NCBI GenBank assembly: GCA_963666485.2
Contig: CAXXUO010000001.1
Span: forward strand, 352,001 to 416,000
Length of the DNA: 64,000 nt
DNA from: Syntrophorhabdaceae bacterium
GTDB taxonomy: Bacteria; Desulfobacterota; Syntrophorhabdia; Syntrophorhabdales; Syntrophorhabdaceae
Direction: 5' to 3'
Part shown: positions 19,026 through 29,158 of the stretch, piece after piece
Layout of the letters: every line of letters begins with the position of its first letter
Position numbering within the stretch: position 1 is the first letter of the stretch
Notes under the pieces: generated by a model
The model's database searches: none
Told to the model about the DNA's origin: nothing
Seen by the model: only the letters and a program-made list of their open reading frames with translations
Position numbers and translations under genes: made by a program

Positions 19026-20976
19026 CTGGCTGGGCGACATGGTGATGGCCGTGCCGTTCCTCCATGCCTTAAGGGCAAGCCTCAGGGACGAGTTGTGGGT
19101 CATCGGCAAGGAAAGTGCGATCCACCTTTATAATGGCCTCAATCTTTTCGATCGCTTCGTTCCTGTTGGCAGCGGGGGGTTGTCTTTTTTCATCGATACA
19201 GGCGGTCAGTTAAGGAAGATCGACTTTGCCCGCGCCATCGCAATGCCCCATTCTTTCAGGTCGGCCCTTTTCTTCTGCAATCTCAGGATCCGTGAGATCA
19301 TAGGATATGCCCGCAACAGGCGGGGCTTTATCCTCAGCCGGAAGGTAGAGGAAAGCCGTGGTCTCGAATCAACCGTCGAGCATTACCTGAAGATATCGGA
19401 CACCCTCGGCATACCGCGCTCGATCACGACGCCTCATCTCGCCGTCACGCCCGACGAAGAAAGTAAGTTTGACCAGGAATTTACAAAGATCGCAAGGCCT
19501 TTCGCCGTCATGGTCGTGGGGGCCCAGTACGGGCCTTCAAAATGCTGGCCCGCTGAATATTTCTCGGAACTGGCCGACAGCATGATAGAAAAATTCGATC
19601 TGAACGTGTACATGCTCCCCGGCCGTGATGAAAAGGCCATCGCGGACAGGGTATATGCCGGGATCACGCATAAAGACCGTGCCGACATCCTGTCGATGAA
19701 TATACGGGACATGAAGGTGTGCCTGTCGCGGGCGGCCGTTGTCGTGAGCAATGACACGGGGCCGCGCCATATCTCGGCCGCGCTTTCGGTACCGACCATC
19801 GTGTTCGCGGGGCCTATGGATGAAGAATATACGGCCTATTCAAGCCCGTCGACACGCGTCCTGTCGAAGGATGTGCCATGCCGCCCCTGCAATAACAAAA
19901 GATGTGAAAAAGGCCATGAGTGCATGACGGAGATAAAACCCCGGGAAGTTGCCGGAATAGTGGGAGACATCATTGGAAAAAGACCTGAACACGGGAATCT
20001 GCCCTATTTTCTTGATCAATTTGCCGGCAAAAAGATCTGCGTGGTGGGGGACATCATTGCCGACGTGTATATCTTCGGTAAACCGTACCGCCTGTCGCGG
20101 GAGGCCCCCGTCGTTGTCGTCAAGTACGAGGAATCGAAGATCTACCCCGGCAGCGCCGGCAACACGATAAACAATCTCTCCGCCCTGGGTGCCGAGGTCT
20201 ATCCCGTCGGCTTCATCGGGAGCGACTCGATCGGCGGTAAGCTCCTCGATTTCTTCGCGTCGGCGAACAACGTTGACACCAAGGGCATCATAAAGCACGC
20301 CGGCGAAACGACAACAAAGACACGCATCCTCGCCGGCGATACTCACGTATCGAAGCAGCAGGTCATTCGCATAGACAAAGACGACCACCGAAAGTACACG
20401 GTGAAAGAAAGGTCCCTTCTCATGGACAGTCTCGCCGCGATTGCCCCGCTCGTCGATGCCATCATCGTATCCGATTACGGGCACGGAGCCGTGAGCGCGA
20501 AGGTGCTTGAATTTGTCAGGGACGCAGCGAAAAAAACCATCGTCGTCGGCGACTCGCGGTACAGTCTCCGGAAATACACCGGGCTGACAATGATAACGCC
20601 GAACGAATCGGAGGCGTACGGCCTGGCAGGTCTGCCGGATGATGCGGCGATAGAGGAAGTCGGGAAAAAGGTCCTCTCCGGGATGAACCTCAAGGCCCTG
20701 CTCGTCACGCGCGGGAACAAAGGCATGACCCTTTTCCCGAAAAACGGCAAGGTGCACCACATACCTATATCCGGGAAAGATGACGTAACGGACGTAACCG
20801 GTGCCGGGGACACGGTCTGTGCCGCGGCGGCACTTTCGCTCGCGAGCGGCGCCGATTTCCTCAACGCCGCGAAAATAGCGAATTACGCAGCCGGTATCGT
20901 CGTCATGAAGCGCGGAACGGCGACGGTGACGGTGGAAGAGCTGAGGAAGTCGATTATGAATGGGGGGAAGATCTGA
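18994..20976 (+). CDS. Heptosyltransferase II (WaaF-like) read in frame with heptose-7-phosphate kinase (HldA/RfaE1)
   Basis: PNWLGDMVMA, GAQYGPSKCWP, NDTGPRH, then VVGDIIAD, SREAPV, SDYGHG, TPNESEA, DVTGAGDTV; may be two overlapping genes (see findings). Confidence 0.85.
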   Translation: MTGKTIVYLPNWLGDMVMAVPFLHALRASLRDELWVIGKESAIHLYNGLNLFDRFVPVGSGGLSFFIDTGGQLRKIDFARAIAMPHSFRSALFFCNLRIREIIGYARNRRGFILSRKVEESRGLESTVEHYLKISDTLGIPRSITTPHLAVTPDEESKFDQEFTKIARPFAVMVVGAQYGPSKCWPAEYFSELADSMIEKFDLNVYMLPGRDEKAIADRVYAGITHKDRADILSMNIRDMKVCLSRAAVVVSNDTGPRHISAALSVPTIVFAGPMDEEYTAYSSPSTRVLSKDVPCRPCNNKRCEKGHECMTEIKPREVAGIVGDIIGKRPEHGNLPYFLDQFAGKKICVVGDIIADVYIFGKPYRLSREAPVVVVKYEESKIYPGSAGNTINNLSALGAEVYPVGFIGSDSIGGKLLDFFASANNVDTKGIIKHAGETTTKTRILAGDTHVSKQQVIRIDKDDHRKYTVKERSLLMDSLAAIAPLVDAIIVSDYGHGAVSAKVLEFVRDAAKKTIVVGDSRYSLRKYTGLTMITPNESEAYGLAGLPDDAAIEEVGKKVLSGMNLKALLVTRGNKGMTLFPKNGKVHHIPISGKDDVTDVTGAGDTVCAAAALSLASGADFLNAAKIANYAAGIVVMKRGTATVTVEELRKSIMNGGKI

Positions 20977-20982
20977 AAAGAT

Positions 20983-21067
20983 CGTTCTACGTTCTACGTT
21001 CCGCGTTCTACGTTGATAATATCCCGCGTAACGAAAGTCTTTAACGTAGAACGTAGAACGTAGAACG
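20983..21067. repeat. Inverted heptamer-arm cassette (CGTTCTA)n ... (TAGAACG)n
   Basis: 4 units at 20983-21010, about 28 bp spacer, 3 reverse units at 21047-21067. Confidence 0.9.
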
Positions 21068-21082
21068 TTTTCTGGAGAAAAG

Positions 21083-21565
21083 ATGGGCAAAGTGATCGAA
21101 ACCCTGGATGAACTGAAGACCATCATTGATGCGGTGAAGGCGGCGGGGAAGAGGGTTGTTTTCGGGAACGGGTGCTTCGATATCGTGCATGTGGGGCACG
21201 TCCGGTACCTGAAAGGGGCGAAGGAACTGGGGGATGTCCTCATCGTTGCGGTTAACGATGATTCGTCAGTGACCGGTCTCGGCAAGCGCAAAGAGGTCGT
21301 AACACCTGCCAGCGAACGGGCGGAGATCATATCGGCACTCGATTGCGTGGACTATGTGGTACTGTTCGGTGAACCCACTGTCGAGAATCTTCTGCGGACG
21401 CTGAAGCCTCATATCCATGCCAAAGGGACCGACTATACCGAGGATAACGTCCCCGAGCGGGACATTGTCGTTTCATATGGAGGCAGGGTAGCGATCGTCG
21501 GCGACCCGAAGGACCATTCAACCCGCGACATTATAAAAACCATCAAGAACCTGCAAGAAAAATGA
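21083..21565 (+). CDS. hldC: Heptose-1-phosphate adenylyltransferase (RfaE2/HldC)
   Basis: [30 protein letters not shown]. Confidence 0.88.
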   Translation: MGKVIETLDELKTIIDAVKAAGKRVVFGNGCFDIVHVGHVRYLKGAKELGDVLIVAVNDDSSVTGLGKRKEVVTPASERAEIISALDCVDYVVLFGEPTVENLLRTLKPHIHAKGTDYTEDNVPERDIVVSYGGRVAIVGDPKDHSTRDIIKTIKNLQEK

Positions 21566-21639
21566 CGTGGTCAAACACTGCTTTCTGATTTGATTTCAAG
21601 CACTTTTTGGTGTATTGTAACACAATCGGACCCATCAAA

Positions 21640-22431
21640 ATGTACAAAGAACAGGCCACAAAGCTGCCTTTATCTATTTATATGATCACATTCAACAATA
21701 GCGCCACTATAGCGAGAGCGCTTGAGAGTGTCGCCGGGTGGGCAGACGAGATCGTGGTGGTCGATTCACACAGCCCCGATGGCACGGCCGATATCGCCTC
21801 GCGGTATACCGAACGGGTGTTTCATCTCGATACGAGTGACCTGAGGGAAAAATACCAGTATGCCCAGGACCAGTGCAGAAACCCCTGGGTCATGTTCATC
21901 GACGCGGATGAATGGCTTACCGGATCTTTTAAGCGCGAGGCAGAGGATATTGTCGGGTCGCTATCGGCGTGCGACGGCTACATCGCCGACCGCAGGAACA
22001 TCTATCTCGGACGCGAGATCAAACACGGGGGATGGTACCCGGACAGGGAGATACGCCTCTACCGGAAGGACCGGGGAGGCTGGCAGGGAGGCATCCACGC
22101 GAAGGTCCATGTCGAGGGGCGCGTCGGCCACATGAAGAACCATTACATGCACACCCCCTACGCGGATACGGCACACCAGATCCGCACCATAGACCGGTAT
22201 TCGGAGGCATACGCCCGTGATCTCTATAACGCCGGGCGCCATTTTCATTTTTCTAACATGGTCCTGCGCCCGGTCTATCGTTTATTCAGGGACTATATCT
22301 TCAAAAGAGGTTTTCTCGACGGCATCCCGGGGGTCATTATCCTGGCGTCGACGATGTATTATGTGTTCATGAAGCACGCACGGCTCTGGGAGATGGAGAA
22401 AGCAAACGGAGGGGGGAAAAGTGTTCAATAA
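21640..22431 (+). CDS. GT2 glycosyltransferase (WaaE/KdtX-like)
   Basis: SIYMITFN, IDADE, GGWYPDREIRLY, GFLDG. Confidence 0.85.
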   Translation: MYKEQATKLPLSIYMITFNNSATIARALESVAGWADEIVVVDSHSPDGTADIASRYTERVFHLDTSDLREKYQYAQDQCRNPWVMFIDADEWLTGSFKREAEDIVGSLSACDGYIADRRNIYLGREIKHGGWYPDREIRLYRKDRGGWQGGIHAKVHVEGRVGHMKNHYMHTPYADTAHQIRTIDRYSEAYARDLYNAGRHFHFSNMVLRPVYRLFRDYIFKRGFLDGIPGVIILASTMYYVFMKHARLWEMEKANGGGKSVQ

Positions 22432-23398
22432 CAAAGAGGTCCTTGTCACCGGGGGACTGGGTTTCATAGGGAGCAACCTGTGCATTGAACTGGTAAAGAA
22501 GGGCGCCCGCGTCACGATCATCGACAACATGCTTCCGCGGCAGGGCGGCAGCATGTTCAACATCCGCGATATCGTGTCAAATGTTTCCGTCAACATCTCC
22601 GACGTTCGCAACCAGCTCTCCATGAACCACCTGGTGAAGGGCAAAGACTATATCTTCCACCTCGCCGGGCAGGTCAATCACGTTGACAGCATGAAAAACC
22701 CCCTGCAGGACCTGGAGATAAACTGCGTCGGCACTCTTGTGCTTCTCGAAGCCCTGCGCCATAATAACCAGGATGGGAAGGTTATCTTCGCGGGCACCCG
22801 CGGCGAGTATGGCTCCAGTGTCAGCCTGCCCGTGGACGAAGACCACCCGACAAATCCCAAGGGCGTCTACGCCGTGACAAACCTCACCGCCGAAAAACTG
22901 GTCCTCGTCTACGACGACGTGTTCGGGGTAAAGGGGACGTGCCTGAGAATTACCAATACATACGGGCCGCGCCACCAGATGCTCCACGATGAGTATGGTG
23001 TTTTCAACTGGTTCATCCGCAAGGCCATGGACAATGAAGAGATACCCGTCATGGGGGACGGAAGGATACTCAGGGATTTTCTCTATGTTGAAGACCTGGT
23101 CAGTTCCATGCTTCAGGTAGCATCGGCGGAAGAAGCGTACGGCAAGGTATTCAATGTAGGCACGGGAGTTCCCGTAAGCTTCTTTGACCTCGCCGAAAAG
23201 ATAGTCGCGATAGCGGGGACAGGCAGGACGAAATTCACGGAATTCACACAGGAACGAAAAGAGGTCGAGCCTGGCGATTATTATGCCGATATAACGCGTA
23301 TCAAAAACATCACCGGGTGGGAGCCTGTCGTTTCCCTCGACGACGGTATCGCAAGGACCATGGATTTCTACAGGCAATTCAGGAAAGAATACTGGTAA
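22421..23398 (+). CDS. NAD-dependent epimerase/dehydratase
   Basis: VTGGLGFIGSNL, RITNTYGPR, GDGRILRDF; the usual YxxxK reads YAVTN. Confidence 0.88.
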   Translation: MFNNKEVLVTGGLGFIGSNLCIELVKKGARVTIIDNMLPRQGGSMFNIRDIVSNVSVNISDVRNQLSMNHLVKGKDYIFHLAGQVNHVDSMKNPLQDLEINCVGTLVLLEALRHNNQDGKVIFAGTRGEYGSSVSLPVDEDHPTNPKGVYAVTNLTAEKLVLVYDDVFGVKGTCLRITNTYGPRHQMLHDEYGVFNWFIRKAMDNEEIPVMGDGRILRDFLYVEDLVSSMLQVASAEEAYGKVFNVGTGVPVSFFDLAEKIVAIAGTGRTKFTEFTQERKEVEPGDYYADITRIKNITGWEPVVSLDDGIARTMDFYRQFRKEYW

Positions 23399-23399
23399 G

Positions 23400-24137
23400 A
23401 TGACGAATTCACATCAACCGAAAGCCCTGGCCCGCGACGGCACACATGAAAAGGTTGCGGCTTTTCTCGATAAGAGACCCCGTGGGCGGATCCTCGATGT
23501 CCCCACCGGTGAAGGCGCTCTTGCCATCATGCTCAAGAACATGGGGTTTGAGGTTTCCTGCTGCGACATCGAGACGGAACGTTTTTCCGCTCCTGGGCTT
23601 ACGGTCGATCGCGGGGACCTCACGAAAAGGCTGCCTTACGATGACGGGGTGTTCGATTACGTATGCTTTGTAGAAGCGATAGAACATATGGAAAACCCGT
23701 ATGCCGCGGTGAGGGAATTGTCCCGCGTGACAAAACCCGGCGGTGTCCTTATCTTGACGACGCCGAATTATCTCAACGTGGAAAGGCGGCTCAAGTTTCT
23801 CGTAACGGGGTATTTCACCAAGCCCGTTTCGGGAAAGACATTCCGGGAACGCTTCTCGGGGCAGACGCATGACATGCACTCTTCTCCCATAGGTTATACG
23901 CTTATCCGCTTCATCCTGGAGCATGCCGGTTTCACCATTACAGACATGACCTACGATCGAAAGAAGAAAAAACAGGTCTTTCTGAAGCCCGTGGTCTGGC
24001 TCATCAGGCTGTACTGTCGCCTGTGGGGCAGATCCAAACGGAAACAATACTGGCTGGACGAAACGGCAGGGCCCGTCATTCTCGACGGAGGGAATACCCT
24101 CATACTATTCGCTCAAAAGGACGGTATATCCGCATGA
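23400..24137 (+). CDS. Class I SAM-dependent methyltransferase
   Basis: ILDVPTGEG, EAIEH, KPGGVLILTTPN. Confidence 0.85.
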   Translation: MTNSHQPKALARDGTHEKVAAFLDKRPRGRILDVPTGEGALAIMLKNMGFEVSCCDIETERFSAPGLTVDRGDLTKRLPYDDGVFDYVCFVEAIEHMENPYAAVRELSRVTKPGGVLILTTPNYLNVERRLKFLVTGYFTKPVSGKTFRERFSGQTHDMHSSPIGYTLIRFILEHAGFTITDMTYDRKKKKQVFLKPVVWLIRLYCRLWGRSKRKQYWLDETAGPVILDGGNTLILFAQKDGISA

Positions 24138-25246
24138 ATGTAAAGATCTTCGATATAGACCGGGACCATGCCGCGATCAAGCCAGAGCTCATCGAAACCA
24201 TTTAAGAATGTCCTGTCAGGCGGCGAATTCATTCTTGGGAAAGAAGTACGCGCGCTCGAGGAGGAATTTGCCGCGTACGTGGGAACGAAATATGCCGTCG
24301 GCGTTGCGAGCGGTACCGACGCGATAAAGATCGGAGGCCTCGCCCTGGGGCTTAAACCGGGAGACAGGTTCGTCACGACACCCAACACGTACATTGCAAC
24401 GGCCATGGCATTATCGGAACATGGCTGCATCCCCCGGTTCTGCGACATCGAGGACGACTCGTACAACATGGACCCGGCCGCCCTGGAAGAACTCCTGAAA
24501 AAAGACCCCGGCATCAGGCTCTGCGTCCCCGTCCATCTCTACGGGCAGCCATGCAGACTCGATGAGATCAGGGAAATTTGGCGGACGGCACGGCGTCATG
24601 GTGATGGAGGATGCCTGCCAGGCACACGGTTCGCGTTACACGGACAGGAACGTCGGCACGATGAGCGATGCAGCCGCCTTCAGTTTTTATCCGACAAAAA
24701 AATCTCGGCTGCTATGGTGACGGCGGGATCATCGTCACGGACAATGACGAGGCATACAGCCGGATGATGGTCTTAAGGGCACACGGGCAGACCGACCGCC
24801 ACGTCCACGACGTACAGGGTTTCGTGTCGCGGCTTGACGAGCTCCAGGCAGCGCTTCTGCGCGTGAAGCTGCCCTGTCTCGACGAGTGGAATATCGCGAG
24901 GAGGCGCAACGCATCCCTCTACGATGCGGGCCTTGAAGACCTGCCTGTTAAAAGGCCCGTCGAAGCCCCCTATGCGTATCATGTCTACCACCTTTATGTC
25001 ATAGCCGCCGAGGACCGTGATGCCCTGCGCGCATACCTCAGCGAAAAAGGCATCATAACCCTCGTACATTACCCGACCCCCATACATCTTCAAAAAGTGT
25101 ACAGCCACCTGGGATACGGGCCCGGTTCATTCCCGGTGTCCGAAATATCGGCCCGCCGGATCATTTCCCTGCCCATGTACCCGTCGCTCAAGGAGGAGGA
25201 GATCGCATTTGTGTGCGGGGCAATAAGCGAGTTTTACGGGAAATGA
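24134..25246 (+). pseudogene. DegT/DnrJ/EryC1/StrS aminotransferase with three +1 frameshifts (pseudogene or sequencing error)
   Basis: Motifs [36 protein letters not shown] and SRLDELQAA lie in successive frames; removing 3 bases gives 369 aa. Confidence 0.85.
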
Positions 25247-26376
25247 GGGTCCTGCACCTTTTCAGCGACTGGAAATGGACAGGGCCGGCTGAACCGGTGC
25301 TGTCGCTGTGCGAAAACCTTCAGAACGAGGGTGTGGACGTCGTCGTTGCGTACCGCAAGACACCGATCGATTTCCCCGAGAGAACGGTGGGCAAAGAGGC
25401 CCAAAGGCGAGGCCTGCGCTGCTTCGAGGGATTGAGGCTCAACAGGTACTTTTCGGCCCGCGACTGGGTCCATGACCTGACATCTTTCGGCCCTTATACC
25501 GAAAAGGAAGGCTTCGATGTGGTCCATACCAACCTTTCGCACGATTATTTTACCGCGATAACGGCCCTCTCGTTTCGCAGGAACCGTCCGCGCATCGTCC
25601 GGACGGACCACAAGCGCGACGGTCTCCCTCCGAACATTTTCATGTCCTGGGCAATGGCGCGGACAGACGGCCTTGTCACGTACAGCCGGAAGCTGGCAAA
25701 GCTCGATATGAACAATTTCAGTTTGCCCGAAGAGAGGCTGTGCATTGTCCCGCCGGGCGTAAAGCCCTACGAAGGCCCTGCCGGAGACTTAAGACAGGAG
25801 TTGGGGATATCGCCCGATGATCGCGTGATCGGGGTCATTGGCCGTCTGAAACCCGACCGCGGCTACGATGTGGTCCTCAAAGCCTTCAGTATCCTGCGCT
25901 CCCGTGTTGACAGGGTCAAGCTTGTGATCGTCGGCCGAAGCTCCCAGATAGAGGCGAGCGTTATGAGACCGCTCAAGGAACTGGGCATCGAAAAGGATGT
26001 TATCGTTGCGGGCTACCGTTTCGACGATTATTTCCTCATGATACAGACATTCGATATTTACATCATGATGCGCGCGGGGAGCGACGGAAGCGGCCGGGCA
26101 CTCCGCGAGGTTTTGAGCCTCGGGCGGCCGGCCATCGTGTCCGACAGGGGAATGCTTCCCGATCTTGTCGATGACGGCAGAACGGGCTTCGTGACGAAAT
26201 GGGACGCCGTAGAACTTGCCGTCAAAATGGAAACCCTCGTAAATGACGAGGCCGCCCGGCGAAGTTTCGGGGAAAATGCGCGCCGCCGGGCCGATGAAGA
26301 ATGGAGTTTCAGGCTCCAGGCAAAGGCAATGAAGAATTTTTATGAAGCATTATTACGCATGGGACCGCGAAGATAA
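25243..26376 (+). CDS. GT4 glycosyltransferase
   Basis: MRVLHLF, IGRLKPDRG, DGSGRALREVLSLGRPAI. Confidence 0.85.
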   Translation: MRVLHLFSDWKWTGPAEPVLSLCENLQNEGVDVVVAYRKTPIDFPERTVGKEAQRRGLRCFEGLRLNRYFSARDWVHDLTSFGPYTEKEGFDVVHTNLSHDYFTAITALSFRRNRPRIVRTDHKRDGLPPNIFMSWAMARTDGLVTYSRKLAKLDMNNFSLPEERLCIVPPGVKPYEGPAGDLRQELGISPDDRVIGVIGRLKPDRGYDVVLKAFSILRSRVDRVKLVIVGRSSQIEASVMRPLKELGIEKDVIVAGYRFDDYFLMIQTFDIYIMMRAGSDGSGRALREVLSLGRPAIVSDRGMLPDLVDDGRTGFVTKWDAVELAVKMETLVNDEAARRSFGENARRRADEEWSFRLQAKAMKNFYEALLRMGPRR

Positions 26377-26419
26377 TCCTCTTTATTTCTTTTTCCGATT
26401 ATTGTACAGTGACAAAAAA

Positions 26420-27559
26420 ATGAAGATCGGCCTGGCAATCTACAATTTTGACCCAAAAAAAGGGGGCGCTGAGCGCTACACATACGACCTCGCCGGAAGG
26501 CTGGCAGCGAAGGGCCATCATGTCCTCGTTTTTTGTGCCCATGGCAAAGAGTCCGCCGGCGTCACACTCATACCGCTCAAGGCAATAAAATACCCGCACT
26601 GGCTGAGAAACCTCACCTTTGCCCTTTCGCACAGGCGCGCCCTTCGGGAACACCGGCCGGATGTCATGCTTGGTTACGGGAACGTCCTCTCTCTCGACGT
26701 GTACCAGAGTCACGGCGGCGTCCAGCGGGTATGGATGGAACGAGAGATCGCGAGCTATGGCCCGCGGGGTAAAAAGGGCCTCAAGCCGCTTCTGTTGAAA
26801 TTGAGCATTAACCAGGCGGTCCAGCGCTGGATAGATGGCTACGCGGTGCGAAAGAACCGGTTCAACCGGATAATCGCCATCTCCGACATGGTGCGCGATC
26901 ACATGTCCGAACATTTCGGCGTCGCAAAAGAAAGATTCGATATCGTCTATAACGGGGTCGACACCGTGCGTTTCAGGCCCTCCCCGGAGCCGCCTCCGGG
27001 TCCGACGGTGATACTTTTCTGCGCCGGCAATTTCAGGCTCAAAGGTCTAGCTCCCCTCATCCGGGCGTTTGCCAGGGTTGCGGGCGAGGTGAAAGACATC
27101 CGGCTTATGATCATGGGACGGGGGAACAGAGACCCCTACATGAAAATGATCGATGAAGCAGGCATGCGCGGCCGGATAGAATTTATCGGTGAGACCTCAC
27201 AACCTGAAGATGTATACCGCAAGGCGCATGTCCTGGTCCACCCCACCTATTATGATGCCTGTTCCCTGACGACAATGGAGGCAATGGCCTCGGGGCTGCC
27301 GGTGATCACCACGCGGTGGAACGGCGCATGCGCATTCGTTTCCCCGGAGGAAGGCTTCATTATTGACGAACCGGACAATATCGATGTCCTCGCATCGGCT
27401 ATTAAGGCACTGACCGACTCCGGCAGGCGGACCGCAATGGGTCAGAATGCACGCAGGAAAATGGAACAATTCACGATGGATAAAAATGCGGACGAGATCG
27501 AAGCGGTGCTCGCAAGATCGAAAACCGAAGGCGCTGCGGGTGGTGCACATGGCCGATGA
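26420..27559 (+). CDS. GT4 glycosyltransferase (WaaG-like)
   Basis: GGAERY, YNGVD, NFRLKGL, PTYYDACSLTTMEAMASGLPVI. Confidence 0.87.
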   Translation: MKIGLAIYNFDPKKGGAERYTYDLAGRLAAKGHHVLVFCAHGKESAGVTLIPLKAIKYPHWLRNLTFALSHRRALREHRPDVMLGYGNVLSLDVYQSHGGVQRVWMEREIASYGPRGKKGLKPLLLKLSINQAVQRWIDGYAVRKNRFNRIIAISDMVRDHMSEHFGVAKERFDIVYNGVDTVRFRPSPEPPPGPTVILFCAGNFRLKGLAPLIRAFARVAGEVKDIRLMIMGRGNRDPYMKMIDEAGMRGRIEFIGETSQPEDVYRKAHVLVHPTYYDACSLTTMEAMASGLPVITTRWNGACAFVSPEEGFIIDEPDNIDVLASAIKALTDSGRRTAMGQNARRKMEQFTMDKNADEIEAVLARSKTEGAAGGAHGR

Positions 27560-28196
27560 TTCCCGGTCGCCCTATTATTTCAGTCCCCGTCACGATATGA
27601 TAGAGCTCATACCCGCAAATGCGCAGCGGGTCCTCGAGGTCGGATGCGCCGGGGGCGCAACGGGCAAGGAACTGAAGGAGCGCGGGATCACAGAGATCGT
27701 GGGCATCGAAGTTGTCGAGGATATAGCACGTTCGGCAGAGCCTTTTTATGACGCCCTCTACGTCGGTGATGTAGAAACGGTCCCGCTTCCCTATAAGCAC
27801 GGCCATTTCGATTGCATCCTCTACGGCGACGTCCTCGAGCACCTTAAGGACCCGTGGGCCCTCCTCGCCAGGCACAACAGGATCTTGCGGCATAACGGCA
27901 TGATCATCATTAGCGTGCCGAATATACGCCACTACCGGATCGCCAAAAAACTCGTGCTGAAAGGCGAGTGGAAATATACCGACGACGGGATCATGGACCG
28001 GACACATTTACGCTTTTTCACGCTCGGGTCGACCCGGGACATGATAGAAAATGCAGGATTCGAGATACAGGCGATCATAAAGAAACCTTCCGGCGCAGGC
28101 TGGCTCAAAGGACTTAACACGTTGTCCGGCAACCGGCTGCTAGAATTCCTGGTGCGGCAATACATAATAAGCGCCCGAAAGATACGGGAGGTGTAG
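27549..28196 (+). CDS. Class I SAM-dependent methyltransferase (glycan associated)
   Basis: VLEVGCAGG, GDVLEHLKDP, SVPN, GIMDRTHLRFFT. Confidence 0.85.
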   Translation: MADDSRSPYYFSPRHDMIELIPANAQRVLEVGCAGGATGKELKERGITEIVGIEVVEDIARSAEPFYDALYVGDVETVPLPYKHGHFDCILYGDVLEHLKDPWALLARHNRILRHNGMIIISVPNIRHYRIAKKLVLKGEWKYTDDGIMDRTHLRFFTLGSTRDMIENAGFEIQAIIKKPSGAGWLKGLNTLSGNRLLEFLVRQYIISARKIREV

Positions 28197-28198
28197 CG

Positions 28199-29158
28199 AT
28201 GCCGCGGGTAAGCATAGTCATCCCCAATCTCAACGGCGAACACCTCCTGCCCATGGCGCTCGACACCCTCCGCAAACAGACCTTCAATGATTTCGAGGTT
28301 ATCGTCGTCGACAACGGCTCGAAGGACGGATCGCTCAAGCTGTTGAAAGAAAAATATCGTGAGGTCCGCATCGTGTCCCTCGACAGGAACTACGGCTTCG
28401 CCTACCCGGTCAACCGGGGCATCGAGGCGTCGAAGGGTGAATTCGTGTGCCTGCTCAATAACGATATCGAACTTGACCCGCGGTGGATGGAAGAACTCCT
28501 CACGGCCCTCGAGAAGAACCCTGAAGCGGGTTCCGCGGGACCCAAGCTCATGCGTTATCACGAGCGCGAAAGGATCAATGTTCTCGCGATACGGGTAAAC
28601 CGGGACGGCCATGTCGAGATCGTCGGGGCCGGCGAGCGCGACACGGGCCAGTACGATGAAGAGCATCTCGTCTTCGGTGTCAACGCCGGGGCCTCGATGT
28701 ACCGCAAGGCCATGTTCGACGACATCGGGCTTTTCGACGAGGTCTTTTTCGCGTCGTTCGAAGACGTCGACCTTGCCTTCAGGGCGCAACTCGCGGGCTA
28801 CAAGGCGCTGTACGTTCCGCAGGCCGTCGGGTACCACATGGTGGGGGCGACGATCAAAAAGAAGCGGTATCGCCCGACATACCTCAACAACCGGAACTCC
28901 ACCCTGTTTTTCTGGAAAAACATGCCGGGTGAGCTCATCCGGAAAAACCTTGCGGGCATCATGGGCAGCAAGTCGGGCACATTTGCCAAAAGGGTCCTGA
29001 AAAATTTCTGGAAGCTCAGGACGCTCTATTATCTCAGAGGGACTGTCGCCGGCTACCTGCGCATGCCCCACGTCATGAAAGAACGCAAACAGATCCAGCA
29101 GATGCGCAGGGTGAGCCCCGAATACATAGAGTCGATCCTTGACAGGGATTTTGTATGA
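28199..29158 (+). CDS. GT2 glycosyltransferase (WbbL-like)
   Basis: VVDNGSKDGS, NYGFA, LLNND, FEDVDLAFRA. Confidence 0.88.
   Translation: MPRVSIVIPNLNGEHLLPMALDTLRKQTFNDFEVIVVDNGSKDGSLKLLKEKYREVRIVSLDRNYGFAYPVNRGIEASKGEFVCLLNNDIELDPRWMEELLTALEKNPEAGSAGPKLMRYHERERINVLAIRVNRDGHVEIVGAGERDTGQYDEEHLVFGVNAGASMYRKAMFDDIGLFDEVFFASFEDVDLAFRAQLAGYKALYVPQAVGYHMVGATIKKKRYRPTYLNNRNSTLFFWKNMPGELIRKNLAGIMGSKSGTFAKRVLKNFWKLRTLYYLRGTVAGYLRMPHVMKERKQIQQMRRVSPEYIESILDRDFV

Noticed and set aside
19840..21330. Long antisense ORFs (e.g. 19840-21330, 27932-29071, 32548-33663, 40606-41745, 44346-45455)
   Set aside because: Shadows of well-supported genes on the other strand, expected at this GC content; no recognisable motifs.
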